NCBI RefSeq assembly: GCF_006345805.1
Contig: NC_043007.1
Span: forward strand, 806,001 to 870,000
Source: Octopus sinensis
Taxonomy: Eukaryota
Reading direction: 5' to 3'
Length of the DNA: 64,000 nt
In this document: in pieces, positions 51,234-64,000 of the stretch
Layout: the number at the start of each line of letters is the position of its first letter
How positions within the stretch are numbered: position 1 is the stretch's first letter
Program-made: the position numbers and the translations under genes
The notes under the pieces: generated by a model
Told to the model about the DNA's origin: nothing
Seen by the model: the letters and a program-made list of their open reading frames with translations, nothing else
Databases searched by the model: none

Positions 51234-51600
51234 CATTATTTATATTATTTACATTTGATTGATATTTGTCCATCTCGTTCATTGTTAACACAACATTTCG
51301 GCTGATATATCCTCCAGCCTTCATCAGGTGTCTTGGGTCAGGTCACTGCCTGGAATCAAACTCAGAATCTTGGGGTTAGTAGCCCGCGCTCTTAACCACT
51401 ACACCATATGCCCGTGGGCAATTATGGAGTGAATTTTTAGGGCTTTTAAATCTAATATTTTCCTATCCTTCCTTAAAACCGGTTCCCATATGCTACTCAT
51501 ATCTGCACTCGGTCTGCTTAGGAGGTTGTTGTGTCCTAGCATATGTGCTGCTTCTTTAAGTTTTTGTATTTTCCAGTGATGTTCTCTGTCTATAATGAAC
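51234..51600 (-). mobile_element. 5'-truncated Penelope-like retroelement: GIY-YIG C-terminus, tRNA-like segment and minimal hammerhead
   Basis: 51596-51399 translates IIDREHHWKIQKLKEAAHMLGHNNLLSRPSADMSSIWEP, resembling the PLE GIY-YIG tail (ILDRE..W..RKIKEA.HI). tRNA-like segment at 51342-51413, HHR at 51287-51332. Sits inside a TTAA MITE (51118-51749). Confidence 0.75.
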
Positions 51601-54600
51601 TTAATAAAATAATTTTGTCATTAAGCTTGCTTCAAACTGAAATTAACAAAATTATTTTGGCAGGTTCTAATTGAGACGACTTTAAAAAAGAATTGCTGTA
51701 TATCATAAAATAGGTATGCTTTCTGATGGGTTGTTACCAAAAGGGTTAAGACAGTGAAGCGGCAGAATGTTGGATAGAGTACCTCTTGGTATTAGTTCCA
51801 ATATTTGGCAAATCTCATAGAGGTGAATTTTGCTTTCATCCTTTTAAGCTCAAGAAGAATAAATACCAATCTTCAGTTAATGGATTGGTGGAACTGTAAA
51901 CATATTGAACTGGATACTTTGTTGAATTTCCACTGTTTGCATTCTGAGTTCAAATCTCACTCTGGCCTACTTGGGTGGTTGGCCTCATCCAGTGGCTGAT
52001 TCAACACCACCATCACCTGGCACCCCGGGTGTCTTTAGCAGAGTTCACCAAGTTGCAGGCATTTGGTGTCAGGTTTCTGGCTTGAAGGTAGCTTTCCCTC
52101 TCTCTCTCTCTCTCCTTCCCACCAATCTCTCAGGCCCTGTGGAAAGTGACAGATATGGCCATCACTCCTGACAAGGAAGATAAAAAGAAAAATTAGTTTG
52201 GTGTGCGCATGTATGCACACAAACACACATACTGTCAGATTTGAAGCAATTCGTTTCTTTTGAAGATGTAAGCTGAAATTTGGACATACAAAATAGAATT
52301 TAGACAAAGTTAATCAGACAGGTAGGAAAACAAAAAAAAATTAAGAAGAAAATTTAAGTTTGCTTGTTGTAATCTTTTGAAAATCAATCAAGATGGTATG
52401 TTTAGATCTTTGAATACCATATTTTATTTATAGACAGGATTCAGACATAACCACATGCGAGTGTGTTATCTCTGTTGGTTGTTGATTCCATTGTTACTAA
52501 AATGGTAATGTTTCCTGTCTTGGATGCCATCTCTGAATTATTTAATCTCTAAAAAAATTTCTGTTTTCTTATGCTGGTCTCTGCATAGTCTTGTACATTT
52601 TATGGCGAGCGATTCTTTCATTATCAAAACTGGCCAGTACATTGGAGGCCATGGCATTGCTTTTGAAGTCTGGAAAATGGTGGAACCATGTCTGGAATTG
52701 TCTTCTGTATTTGCTGCAAAAAATGAATATTAGCTTTTGGAATTCATTTGTTCATTCAGTTTCCATTTATTTTCATTCTAGTGTGAGTGGCATGAACTTT
52801 TTATTGAGTCCTTGTTTCACTTTTGGATGCTCTTGTGTCACTAACCCATTTCTGCACCTCAAGTAAGGGATCTAATATTGTTTTTTTCACCAGTACCTTC
52901 TCATTTCAAAGTTCTTTGTTTTAACACTATTTCTACCAGTGGTGGACAGCACACAGCAGAGATGATCTCTTTTCTCCAGAATTTAATGGACCCTAAAATG
53001 ATGCATTTATGCCTCACTGGGATTTCACATCTAGTAGGGCACGTGTAGCGTCTTTAAGATTTATGCCAGTCTGTGAACATGCATGTTGGTGATACTGGGA
53101 TTTCATCATCATCATCGTTTAATGTCCGCTTTCCATGCTAGCATGGGTTGGACGATTTTGACTGAGGGCTGGCGAACCAGATGGCTGCACCAGGCTCCAA
53201 TTTTGATCTGGCAGAGTTTCTACAGCTGGATGCCTTGCTAATGCCAACCACTGCGAGAGTGTAGTGGATGGTTTTTACGTGTCACCGGTACGGGGGCCAG
53301 TCAGGCGGTACTGGCAATGACCTCGCTCGAATCTTTTTACACATGCCACCGGCACAGGTGCCAGTAAGGCAACGTTCGTAACGATCACGCTCGAATGTTG
53401 CCCTTTTACGTGTGGTGGCATGGGGGCCAGTCAGGCGGTAGATAAGAGTCACTTGTACATGCCTGTAGTTTGGATTGTGTTAAATATGTAGCATTAACTT
53501 AGCTGTGAGTTAGGTTTTCATCATTGCCATTTTCCAACTTGCACTGCTTTTTATTCCTTTTCAATGTGAATTCCTTAACTGAAATCCATAATTTTTAACC
53601 CTTCGGCATTGAGATTACTCGGTTCAGTGTGATGCTTATTTATTCACATTGTTTTGAATGAATCGTGCATCATCTTGTAGCTTCAAGATTTCAATGGTGC
53701 ATTTGTATATTTTTAGAATGACATTGTAGGGTAGGTGTGAGAGATCAGATCTGGTCAGTTTCAGCATAAAATTGGTAGAATATTTGGGCTGGGTATGGCT
53801 GGTTTCAATGGTTTAAATGCTAATGAATTAAAGATGTGGACTTAAAACAAATAAAAAGTAACGATGTATTTAGTTTTTTAAATCAGAGGTTGGCAAACCT
53901 TATAGCATTGACCATCCCACTTTGTGGAATTGTTAACTCATTGACTTGCCCCCAATATGCAAATTTGTAATGTAGAATTGCAAAATATAATTAATAAAAA
54001 AGAATTCTTGATTTACAAACAGTAATTCTTTCTTTTGTATCATTATGACTTTTTAATAAGAAATAAAGAAATTTAATGAATTGATAACGAACAATAAAAA
54101 TTCAGTCATATTATATCGATATAGTTGGAATATTTAATGTAAAATATATGTGAATGCTAATTAAATACATCGATATTTAGGCTGGAAATTAATGAGTTTT
54201 AGCCTCCAGTTACAGAGCTCCCCCAGATTCATTTCACCAATAATTCAGACCTCTTAATGTACAAAATCATTTCTGGTGTTTATCGACCCCTTTGAGTAGC
54301 CACATAGACTCCAGGGGTCAATATCAAGCACTTTGCCAACAACCCCCTGTTCTAAATGGTTTTTTTTTTTAGATCTTCTGACTCTGGTGCATAATTTATG
54401 GGGGTTGGTTTTATTAGTGATGGTTTCATTTTGGGAATAATTCCAATTTTATTTATCTCCTGACTTCTACCAGCAGTAAGTACAAGCATAGCTGTGTGGT
54501 TAAGACGTTAGCTTTACAACCATGCAGTTTTGAGTTCAGTCCCACTGCATGGCACTTTGCATTAGTTTTCATATTTTAACCCCCGAACAACCCATGCCTT

Positions 54601-56915
54601 ATGAGTGAATATAGTCAGACATAAACTATATTAAGTACATTGTGTATTAATGTGCGTGTGTAGTGTGCGAGTGTGTGTGTGATCATCATCATCGTTTAAC
54701 GTCTGTATTTCCTGCTGGCATGGGTTGGATGGTTCGACTGAGGACTGGCAAGCCAGGAGGCTGCACATGGCTCTAATCTGATCTGGCAAGGTTTCAACAG
54801 CTGGATGCCCTTGCTAACGCCAACCACTCTGAGTGTGTAGTGGTGCTTTTTACGTGCCTCTAGCATTGGGGCCAGTTAGGTGGCACTGGCATCGACAACA
54901 CTCGAATAGTGCTTTTTATGTGCCATGTGTGTGTGTGGGTGAAGAATCTTGATATTTTGCTTGTCACCACGAAAGCACAGCAGTGCTGATGTTGATATAT
55001 TGCGACCGGTTGTCATCATCACAGACTTGTGTAATATAAAACCAAGTGAGGTTGGTGACAGGGAGAGCGCCTGGCCATAAAATACTGCCTCACAAATCAA
55101 TTTTCTGTCCGAGCCATGCTTGCACGGAAAGACAGACGTCAGACGAACAAATAACAGAGATGAATCTACTGTTTCTTACCTGCAATTTAACGAATTCATT
55201 TGAAGCAGTTCTTGATAATAATAATAGGTGTTAGTGACAACAAATGTTTGTTCATATATAGAACTGCATTAGAGAAAGTATGAAAACTTATTTTTCGGTA
55301 TTATCAAAATCTGTTGTTTATATGTAACCGTCTTCTCTGTGATTATGGAATTCATTGATTTTCTTCGTAAACCATTGATTTTCTTCCAAGTTGCACTTAA
55401 CTATATATCAACTACCCACTATTTGATGCTTATTATATTATTCCTGAGGGTGGCGGTAACGGAGATGGTTGTAATTTCAAGTCTGGAATTTAAAAAGAAA
55501 AAAAAAAATTTTTTTTTAAAGGGGATAATTCTTCACTAAGGTGACAACTATTAACTATCACAGCTAAGTGCAGTAATCTTTCAGAAATAGGGGTATTTTT
55601 AGGTTTGTTTGTCCTTTTGTCTTTTTTTTTTTTTTTTAAATTTAAACTCTGCTTACTTGTGCGTCGTGGAAATTTCTATAGTTCTATTATTTATTGATTT
55701 AGAATTAGCTGATTACCGGAATTGTTTCTCGCTGTTAGTATTTCAAATAAAGTTCAAACGATATTTGATCTGTGCTTTAATTTGCATTCTTCCTGAAGGA
55801 AAGCTCCAGCAATTTGATCACACAAACGCATGATGTTATATTGCGTTCAATTTCTTTTCATTTGTTTTTCTTTTCTAAGATTTACCGATTTCTTTTTTTT
55901 GTTGTTGTTGTTATAATTTTATTTTATTTCTTTTTTGGTTAACATCCCTACTTCTGAGATTTCATCTGTTTGTATAACCTTTCAAAAATCTTGTGGTGCT
56001 TTAGTGCAGGCATTTAGTATGGTTTGTTATTTGACGCACCTTTCCAAGATTGAAGAAATTAAAATTTGCAGTTACCGTTTTTAAGATTACAGTTTTGTGG
56101 TCTGTAGACATTTTGTGGGCACCCCAAAGTTTCTTCACTTGTTTTAACACAGCTCAGATGAACATTTCCCCCATGTCTGAAGCATTTGCTCTTAATGACT
56201 TGGTGATTTGTAATTCAGTCTATTTTCAAAAATAATCTTTATAAAGCACCCACAACACTCTCGGAGTGGTTGACATTAGGAAGGGCATCCAGCTGTAGAA
56301 ACTCTGCCAGATCAAGATTGGAGCCTGGTGCAGCCTCCTGGCTTGCTAGTCTTCAGTCAAATTGTCCAACCCATGCTAGCATGGAAAGCAGACGTTAAAC
56401 GATGATGATTATATTCTGGATGTATTATATGCTATTGATAAACTTGAAGCCTCTGTGTTGTGGAAGAAGTCATTTAATAACACACAAAGCTGTTAGGTTC
56501 ATTTTATATTTAAATTTATTTCTGGAGGTGTTGAAACTGTCATTGCGTAGTTGCAACCTGGGTGCTGACACAGTTCTACTGTAACTACTTGACAGTCTGT
56601 TAAAAATAGCCGAATCTAATGAAAGGCACTTAAGGGCAAACTAACAAAGTGTTGGTAGGTTGATTATTCCTAAGAGCAAATGAACGTTTCAAAATACTTT
56701 GTGCTGAAAATTAAAAAGTAGATATTTGTTTTTATTTTATTCTCATTTTAACAGGAACTGGTGCAGTCTTCTGACTTGCCAGTTCTTGTGGAACTCTCCA
56801 ACCCATACCAGCATGAAAAAATAGACGTTAAAGGATAAATGTTAAAACAACAACGATTATACTTTGAAGGGCAGCAAATCTACTGCTTTAGATTGAATTT
56901 ATCTAACCATTAGTA

Positions 56916-57140
56916 TTAACCCTTTTGTTACTGTATTTATTTTGGAGATGCTCCATGTTTTAATTACTTTAAATATAACAAATAATTTAGTAAAATAACT
57001 CAGTTCTCATTAAGCTGGTGTTAGGAACATAAATTGTGACTAAGGTTTGGTGGAAGATTTTAATTCAGAGCTTATGAAAACAAGACATTTATACTCAGAG
57101 CCTTGGGTGGTTTCAGCCGGGTTGGTAATGAAAGGGTTAA
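56916..57140. mobile_element. piggyBac-type MITE, same family in opposite orientation
   Basis: TTAA-CCCTTT...AAAGGG-TTAA; the interior is the reverse complement of the 42.4-kb copies. Confidence 0.85.
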
Positions 57141-57521
57141 GCCCAGTAAATTAGAGAGAAAGAGATGTATTTCATTGTTATATTGATCTCCTCTGTTAGT
57201 AATCTGCAATTTTATTGGAATATAATTTTATCACATTATGCTAAGTTATCTTGGTGAAGGAGTCTTTGGCGAATCTACTGTTTAGTTTGCCACTCTGCTC
57301 CTGACATGAATACTTTGGATTTCAGCATGACTTATAGTATTCCCCATGGGCCTTATTTTGATTCTGAGCATGGTTGTGCTGGTTAAAAAAACTGGCAACC
57401 ATGTGCTTTCAGGTTTAGTCTCACCATATTGCATCTTGAGCAAGTGTCTTCTCTCTTAGCCCTGGTCTACATAATGACAGACAGAAGCTGTATGAAACTT
57501 GTATGTATGTGTGTATAAATT

Positions 57522-57731
57522 TTCTATTTCTTTTACTTGTTTGAGTCATTTGACTGTGGCCATGCTGGAGCACCACCTTTAGTCAAGCAAATCGACCCCA
57601 GGACTTATTCTTTGTAAGCCTAGTACTTATTTTATTGGTCTCTTTTGCTGAACCGCTAAGTTACGGGGACGTAAACACACCAACATTGGTTGTCAAGTGA
57701 TGTTCAAGGGGACAAACATATACATACACAC

Positions 57732-57816
<85 letters not shown>

Positions 57817-57969
57817 CTGGCTTCTTCCAGTTTCCGTCTACCAAATCCACTCACAAGGCTTTGGTTGGCTCGAGGCTATAGTAAAAGACACTTGCCCATG
57901 GTGCCATGCAGTGGGACTGAACCCAGGACCATGTGGTCGGTAAGCAAGCTACTCATCACCCAGCCACTC
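57522..57969 (-). mobile_element. SINE family A, full length, CpG-decayed, with an expanded internal (TA)n
   Basis: Same consensus, with many CG to TG/CA changes. Confidence 0.9.
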
Positions 57970-58188
57970 AATATGAACTGTGCCTAGTTCATATTCTGTG
58001 CATCACTGAATGGAAATTTACAAACTGTTGAAAAATAATTCAGTAGTTCTGTACTTTTATTAAAGAATAGGTGAGGGTCAACAACAAGGGCATCTGGCAG
58101 TAAAACCTGCCTTAGTATATATTCATCTAACCCATGCTGGCATAAAAACTTAACTAATCCTGTCTGTTATACAGTTATCTGGTGTTAA

Positions 58189-58570
58189 TCTCTATATATA
58201 AGGCTGAAGTTGTCTGTGTGTGGCAGATTTGGTAGCCTTCAACTAACACTATCTCTTCCGAGACCCTGTGGTACAAGTTGACCAAAATTGAGAGTATGAT
58301 AGAAGAAGGCTTGCTCTTCCTTCAGTAGAAGAAAAAATTCAAACCAGACCATGTTAACACCAAAAATTATTGACATCAAAAAGGTGTTTTTTTCTATGAA
58401 AATCCCTATTTCTTACGATTTTTTTTACTGCTGTGTCGCCATTTTTCAGTGTATTTCAACCAGAAAAATGTTCACTTAAAGAGAATAACAAGCTACATAA
58501 TGCAAAATTTTTACTTTTCCAATTCTAATGGGTCGAAACAAACCCGAACAGCACTGGGCTATACTGCTAG
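58189..58570 (+). mobile_element. Non-autonomous Helitron, copy 3
   Basis: A|TC...CTAG|T, same internal sequence as copies 1 and 2. Confidence 0.8.
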
Positions 58571-59322
58571 TAATGAATATATTTCTTTTGGGAAGTTTGC
58601 AGTGAGACTTGTCCCATTCCTCAAATATAATTTTTTCGTTGCATTTTAGTAAAAGTTCCCTGTTAGTTAATGGCTGATTCAAAGTTATTGACACCATTAC
58701 ATGATTGTGAATGTCAATGGTGCTATGCAAGTTTTGGATATAAGAGAGGAGGGAGGGACAGTAATCTGTTGGTGCTATGATTAGTTCAGAAATAAACACG
58801 GCAGATTAAGCTAACTAGCTAAGAACGACACATTCTTCAAATAGCATGTTTGCACTCAGATCAATAGATCTACCGAGTTTGCCATGAAACTGAGAGCTGT
58901 TCTGTGATCTGGGAAGTGCTGTGTAATAGACAAACCGTGACAATAGGGAAATATCAAAATGCATTTATTTTTATAAAGAGAGAGAGAGAGAGAAAGGGGA
59001 AAGAAAACAAAAAAGAATGTGAAAGAAATCATTCATTCTGTCAGTGAGTAATCGATAAATTCATTTGTGTTCACATGGGAATGAAAGACAATCACCACCA
59101 AAATAAGATATGTAAAGTGAATTGTCTGTGTATTTTATCTTAAAGTCTAGATTACTCAAGGGTGAGTCTTTATGAATTAGAAACCAGATCTAATTTGGTA
59201 TATTATACATTTTGCATTATTATTGAATATTGTTTAGAAGCTTTAAAATTTACCAAAAAATATATAGATATAAATATATACACACACACACTCATACATG
59301 TATTTGTGTGTATATGTATGTA

Positions 59323-59356
<34 letters not shown>

Positions 59357-61293
59357 ATAGGTTTTCTAGGTATTTGTCTAATCGATGATCAGTTTTATTC
59401 ATTATTAAAAACAATATATCCTGTACTTGTAGTGTGTCTGCTACAAGTTGGTGTCCTACTTGGAGCTATTGTACACTACGTCTCCTGTGTATTATTTGTA
59501 TTTAACTTTTCGAAGAAGAATTCTTTATTAAATGTCTTTGTCTATGAAGATTTTCTGTTAAAACTGTTTTTCTTTTTAATTTATTTTTTTTCCTATGTCC
59601 TTGGCTTATATACACTTCACTTTGCTCCTGTCTGGACAAGGCTGCTTTACAGCGGCCCACTAAATGCCCAGACCAGTCCAGAGCAAACAGGACTTTCTAA
59701 TTGGCTGACTGAAAGCTACCTTGAACATTCAAGGAGTGCAACCTGTGTGGTGACGAGGTATATCTTGTGGTCTGGACCCTTAAAAATGGCAGCATTTACT
59801 AAAACTTGAATGGGGTTCATGGCTGGATATGCTCAAGATTTTGGCCAGAGGTTTTATATTAGATGTCTTCCCTGTGTGTTTGTGGTAATTTGATCCCGTG
59901 CAAGGATCTATCCATTGTTAAAGTGTTGTGTAGTCAAAGTTTGTGTTACTGTTATTCTCTGTCCTGTCTTTTACGGTTTATATTTTGTACTGTCGTTACT
60001 GTCCTGTTTTTGTTACCATTTTTACCCCTCCGCAAAAAAAATCTCAAATTTTATTTAATTTGATTTTCGCGGGAAGGAAAATTTCATTGAAGTCATGTAT
60101 CGCCTTGACCTTTGAAACGTGGAGTAGATGAAATTAAGGCGACTGAAGAAGGGGAATTTTTCCTTGTTTTGTATGTCCTGTTCTCTATTTTTTCGTTGTT
60201 TTAAAAAAATGTCCATTTCCTTGGTTTTGTGTTTATGTTTTTGTTTCTCATTGTGTTTGACGTTTTTTTGGTGTCCTGTACCCATGTATGCATGTATATA
60301 TACATGTAGAGGTAGGTACGTACATATATGTATGTATATATGCATATGTTTTATTTATTTATTATATATATATATCTATATATACACACACACACTGATA
60401 TGATGGGCTTCCATGTTGTTTCTGTCTACCAGATTCACTCACGAGGGATTTATAGTAGAAGGTAGTTGCTCAAGGTGGTGTGCAGTGGGATTGAACCTGG
60501 GAATATGATTGCAAAGTGAATTTCTTAGCCACACAACCATGCCTGTAGATATTTATTAAAACAGATGTAGATATGTGGAGGCATGTTCCCACAGTGTTTA
60601 GGGTGTTACATTCACAATAGCAAGGTTGTGGTTTCAGTTCTGAGTTTGGCATTGTGTCCTTAAGCAAAACACTTCATTTCACATGGCTTCGTTTCTCTCA
60701 GCTGTAAATGGCTAACTCTGTGATGGACCCTGGCCCTCTGTTCTGAAGGAAAGTTGGCCTGACCATCCAGCCAGTGAGAACAATGCAAGGGTGTGTGCAT
60801 TTGTGACCAGCAGTGTCTAGCAATATCTGATAGTCTGGTTGATGTGTGTGTGTGTGTGTGTGTATGATAATCATTTTCTGACATGAATTGAACCAGTTGT
60901 CAAGTTTTTAGTCAGTTCTTTGAAGTTCCTGCCCTCTTTGAGGGGTTGAACACCTCGTCTCACTCTTAGAGTGGTTGGCATTAGGAAGGGCATCCAGCTG
61001 TAGAAACTCTGCCAGATCAGATTGGAGTCTGGTTCGCCAGACCTCAGTCAAATCGTCCAACCCATGCTAGCATGGAAAGCGGACGTTAAATGATGATGAT
61101 GGTGATGATATATATGCATTTGTGCTGTCTCCAAAAGCCTACCCAACGTCTTTTGATAAATAAGAAAATCTTCAATTGGATTACTATTTTTGTCTCCCCC
61201 CTCACCAAAAAAAAACCAAAACATTTTCTAAAGCACAAATGGTGTACATAATTTTATTATTATTATTATTATCATCATCATCATCATTATTAT

Positions 61294-61339
<46 letters not shown>

Positions 61340-63689
61340 ACACACACACACACACACACAGAGAGATTAGATTCTTGGTTCTAGCAGATTCTAGCTGTTT
61401 TACTTTCCTGCTTGCACTCCTGGGAGATTTCGTTCTCTACTTTGGTCTGAAATCTAGAACTGATGGATATTGATGATCGCAAAACTTCAAGAGACTGGTG
61501 ATTTTAATTCCTATGCTTTTGTATTCTGTTTTATTTTCCTAAACTCTTTTGAAGGATTTATCGATGACTTTGTTACCAACTGGTCTATCTAAGAACGCAT
61601 GATTTTTTCCAAAAAATACGGCTTTTTAAACTAGCAGCATACCAAAAAGAAGTACAAGAATTATAAAGCATTTCTGAAAGTTATATTGATAGGATAAATC
61701 TTTGTTGCACAGATAGACGTAAGCTTACGTATTGGATTTGACTGTTAAAAGATGACTTTGATTGGAATGGATGATGGCAGCTTGTAAGTAGAACCGTATT
61801 AATTCATAGGCGAATGGAAAGGCGGTACGAGATCTGTTGGAAAAAGAAAAATTTGATACAGCGCCAATCGACTGCTAAGAGATGGAAATTACTACTATAT
61901 CCCCATGAAACCTTTTCCAGTATACAAGCTGTTCTAAAAGAAAAAAAAAATCCATTGATGAATTATTTATTCCTGAAGAAAATCAAATATTTTTGATATT
62001 TGCTCTTCACTCTGTGACACATTGCACTCTGCATTGATAATCTAGAAACGATTTTGCTTACATTAGGCTATGAAACATGTTAACATGTTGTTCTATATCT
62101 CTTATCTGTATTGATCCTGTCATCATCATCATCGTTTAACGTCCGTTTTCCATGCTAGCGTGGGTTGGACGGTTCGACTGGGGTCTGGGAAGCCAGGAGG
62201 CTGCACCAGTCTCCAGTCTGATCTATCTGGCAGTGTTTCTACAGCTGGATGCCCTTCCTAACACCAACCATTCTGTGAGTGTAGTGGGTGCTTTTTACGT
62301 GCCACTGGCACATGGGCCAGACAAGGCTGGCAACAGCCATGATCGGTTGGCACTTTTTACGTGCCACCAGCATGGAAGTCAATTTCCATTTCTTTAGGAT
62401 GTGTTATTGCAGGCCCTACTTTTCTCTTAAACGTGTATTTTCCAGGACTATAAATTCTAGTCAGGATTCTCAAAGAAGTGTAATTTACAGATTTTCATTT
62501 ATATTCATCAGTGTAGAGTTCAAACCTCATTGAACTGGGTGGTATCTTTCTTCTCTATGCTTGGTCAATAAAAAAATACTCCAGTAATGCACTGGGGTTA
62601 CCGTAACTATATTGCTGCCTTCTTTCCCCCCCCCAAAAAAAAACTGGTCCAGTTCATCATCATTGTTATTTAATGTCAGCTTTCCATGCTGGCATGGGTT
62701 GGACGGTTTGACTGAGGGCTGGCAAACCAGATGGCTGCACCAGGCTCCAATTCAATCTGGCAAAGTTTCTACAGCTGGATGCCCTTCCTAATGCCGACCA
62801 CTCCGAGAGTGTAGTGGGTGCTTTTTATGTGCCACCGACATGAGGGCTAGTCAGGCGGCACTGGTAATGACCACACTCGAATGGTACTTTTTACATGCCA
62901 CCGGCACGGGACTAGTCAGCTAGCCACTAGTATCGGCCACGCTCAGATGGTGCTTTTTACGTGCCAATCCAGCCATAGAAAGTCTACTTTAACAAACTCA
63001 GTCCAACCCATGTGAGCATGGGAAAGTTGACATTAAAACAGTTATATGGGAGACAATTGTGTATGTGTTTCAGTCTTACTTAACCTCCTCGGTAAAACAA
63101 ATTTTTACTGAACTTACCAAATCAGTAATGAGACGGTCACTAAGCTGATGGTATGTTATTGAATGTGTTAAGTAGGCTTGAAAATTGACACTTGCAAAAG
63201 CATTGAATTATTGAAAAGCAACTTACCAAGTCATATGACCTACATGTCAGCAATATCTTACCTGTGTAGTGTAGTGTGATGAATGCATGTTTAACTGTGA
63301 TTAATATCAGGTATCAAGTTGCTTGTGTTAATTTAAAATGTTTATTTTTAAAATCTAAATAGCGAATAAAATTTCAATTCACGAATAATAAAAGTGAAAT
63401 GCCAGTTTTGTGAAAAGATTCCATCATAGTATTTTTAAATGTAAAATCCCTTAATTCTACCTGTATTCTATTACCCCTTTGATTGCAATCATGGGACTGC
63501 AGCCATGATGGGGACATTGTTTTGTAGGAGTTAGATACATTGATTCCTTTTACTTTTATTGACCCCTAATTACCACACCCAAATATATTCATGTGTGTGT
63601 ATGCACACACACATCTATCCCTTTCTCTGTTCCCTCCATCCATACATCCATCAATTCATCCGTTAACTTCAAATTTGACCCTTTCCTCC

Positions 63690-64000
63690 GTAAGTCTTCC
63701 ACAGTTATTCATAAACTAGCCTTCAATCTGAGACCCCCTTCGATCACGACACAGACCATGGGATTGCACCTAGAAAGTTACCCTTCCAGGCACAAGTCTG
63801 GGCAAGGTTGTTTATGGAAGACCAGCAGTCACCCATGCATACTGGCCTCCCCTCTCCACGCTGCCAGTGTTACCCAAGGGAAAGGCAAAGGGGCCGATAG
63901 AGCATGGCACCTGTGACGTCGCAACTTGTTTCTTCAGCTGAGTGAACTGGAGCAACGTGAAATAAAGTGTCTTGCTCAAGAACACAACATGCAGTCCGGT
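63690..64000 (-). mobile_element. tRNA-derived SINE with a CORE-like domain, truncated by the window edge
   Basis: Minus strand: gttcttgagcaagacactttatttcacgttgctccagttcactcagctg. Confidence 0.7.

Noticed and set aside
59333-59809. 158-aa plus-strand ORF
   Set aside because: Starts in a (TG)n repeat, crosses T-rich intron-like sequence, and has no recognisable motif.
60140-60175. CTGAAGA followed by a stem (hammerhead-like start)
   Set aside because: No GAAA after the stem and no stem I or III.
1-64000. CRISPR arrays, rRNA, or prokaryotic/viral operons
   Set aside because: No regularly spaced repeat-spacer array, rRNA-like sequence or dense gene packing; the window is eukaryotic and repeat-dominated.

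Overview
A 64-kb AT-rich, repeat-dense eukaryotic window, most likely from an octopus (inferred from the tRNA-derived SINE families and the very high (TA/TG)n content). No protein-coding gene can be named with confidence. Most ORFs in the track are translated microsatellite or SINE sequence, and 13.4-19.8 kb is one compound microsatellite. Supportable features are many SINE copies (at least five families), TTAA-flanked piggyBac-type MITEs, one hAT MITE, three non-autonomous Helitrons, two RTE-group LINE fragments and Penelope-like fragments. Weakly supported exons lie at 0.3-7 kb on both strands. The most interesting signal is a set of hammerhead-ribozyme (HHR) motifs. A well-formed type I HHR sits in unique-looking sequence at 24767-24825. 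Two minimal HHRs lie in a Penelope-derived unit that also carries a tRNA-like Pol III head. One of those copies begins almost exactly at the tRNA head, suggesting a Pol III-driven, ribozyme-tailed SINE-like element. Two further variant or decayed HHRs occur. SINE copies keep their CpGs left of about 25 kb and tend to lose them to the right, suggesting a promoter region followed by a methylated gene body, with the 24.8-kb HHR at the boundary. All structures were folded and aligned by eye; nothing was computed or searched.
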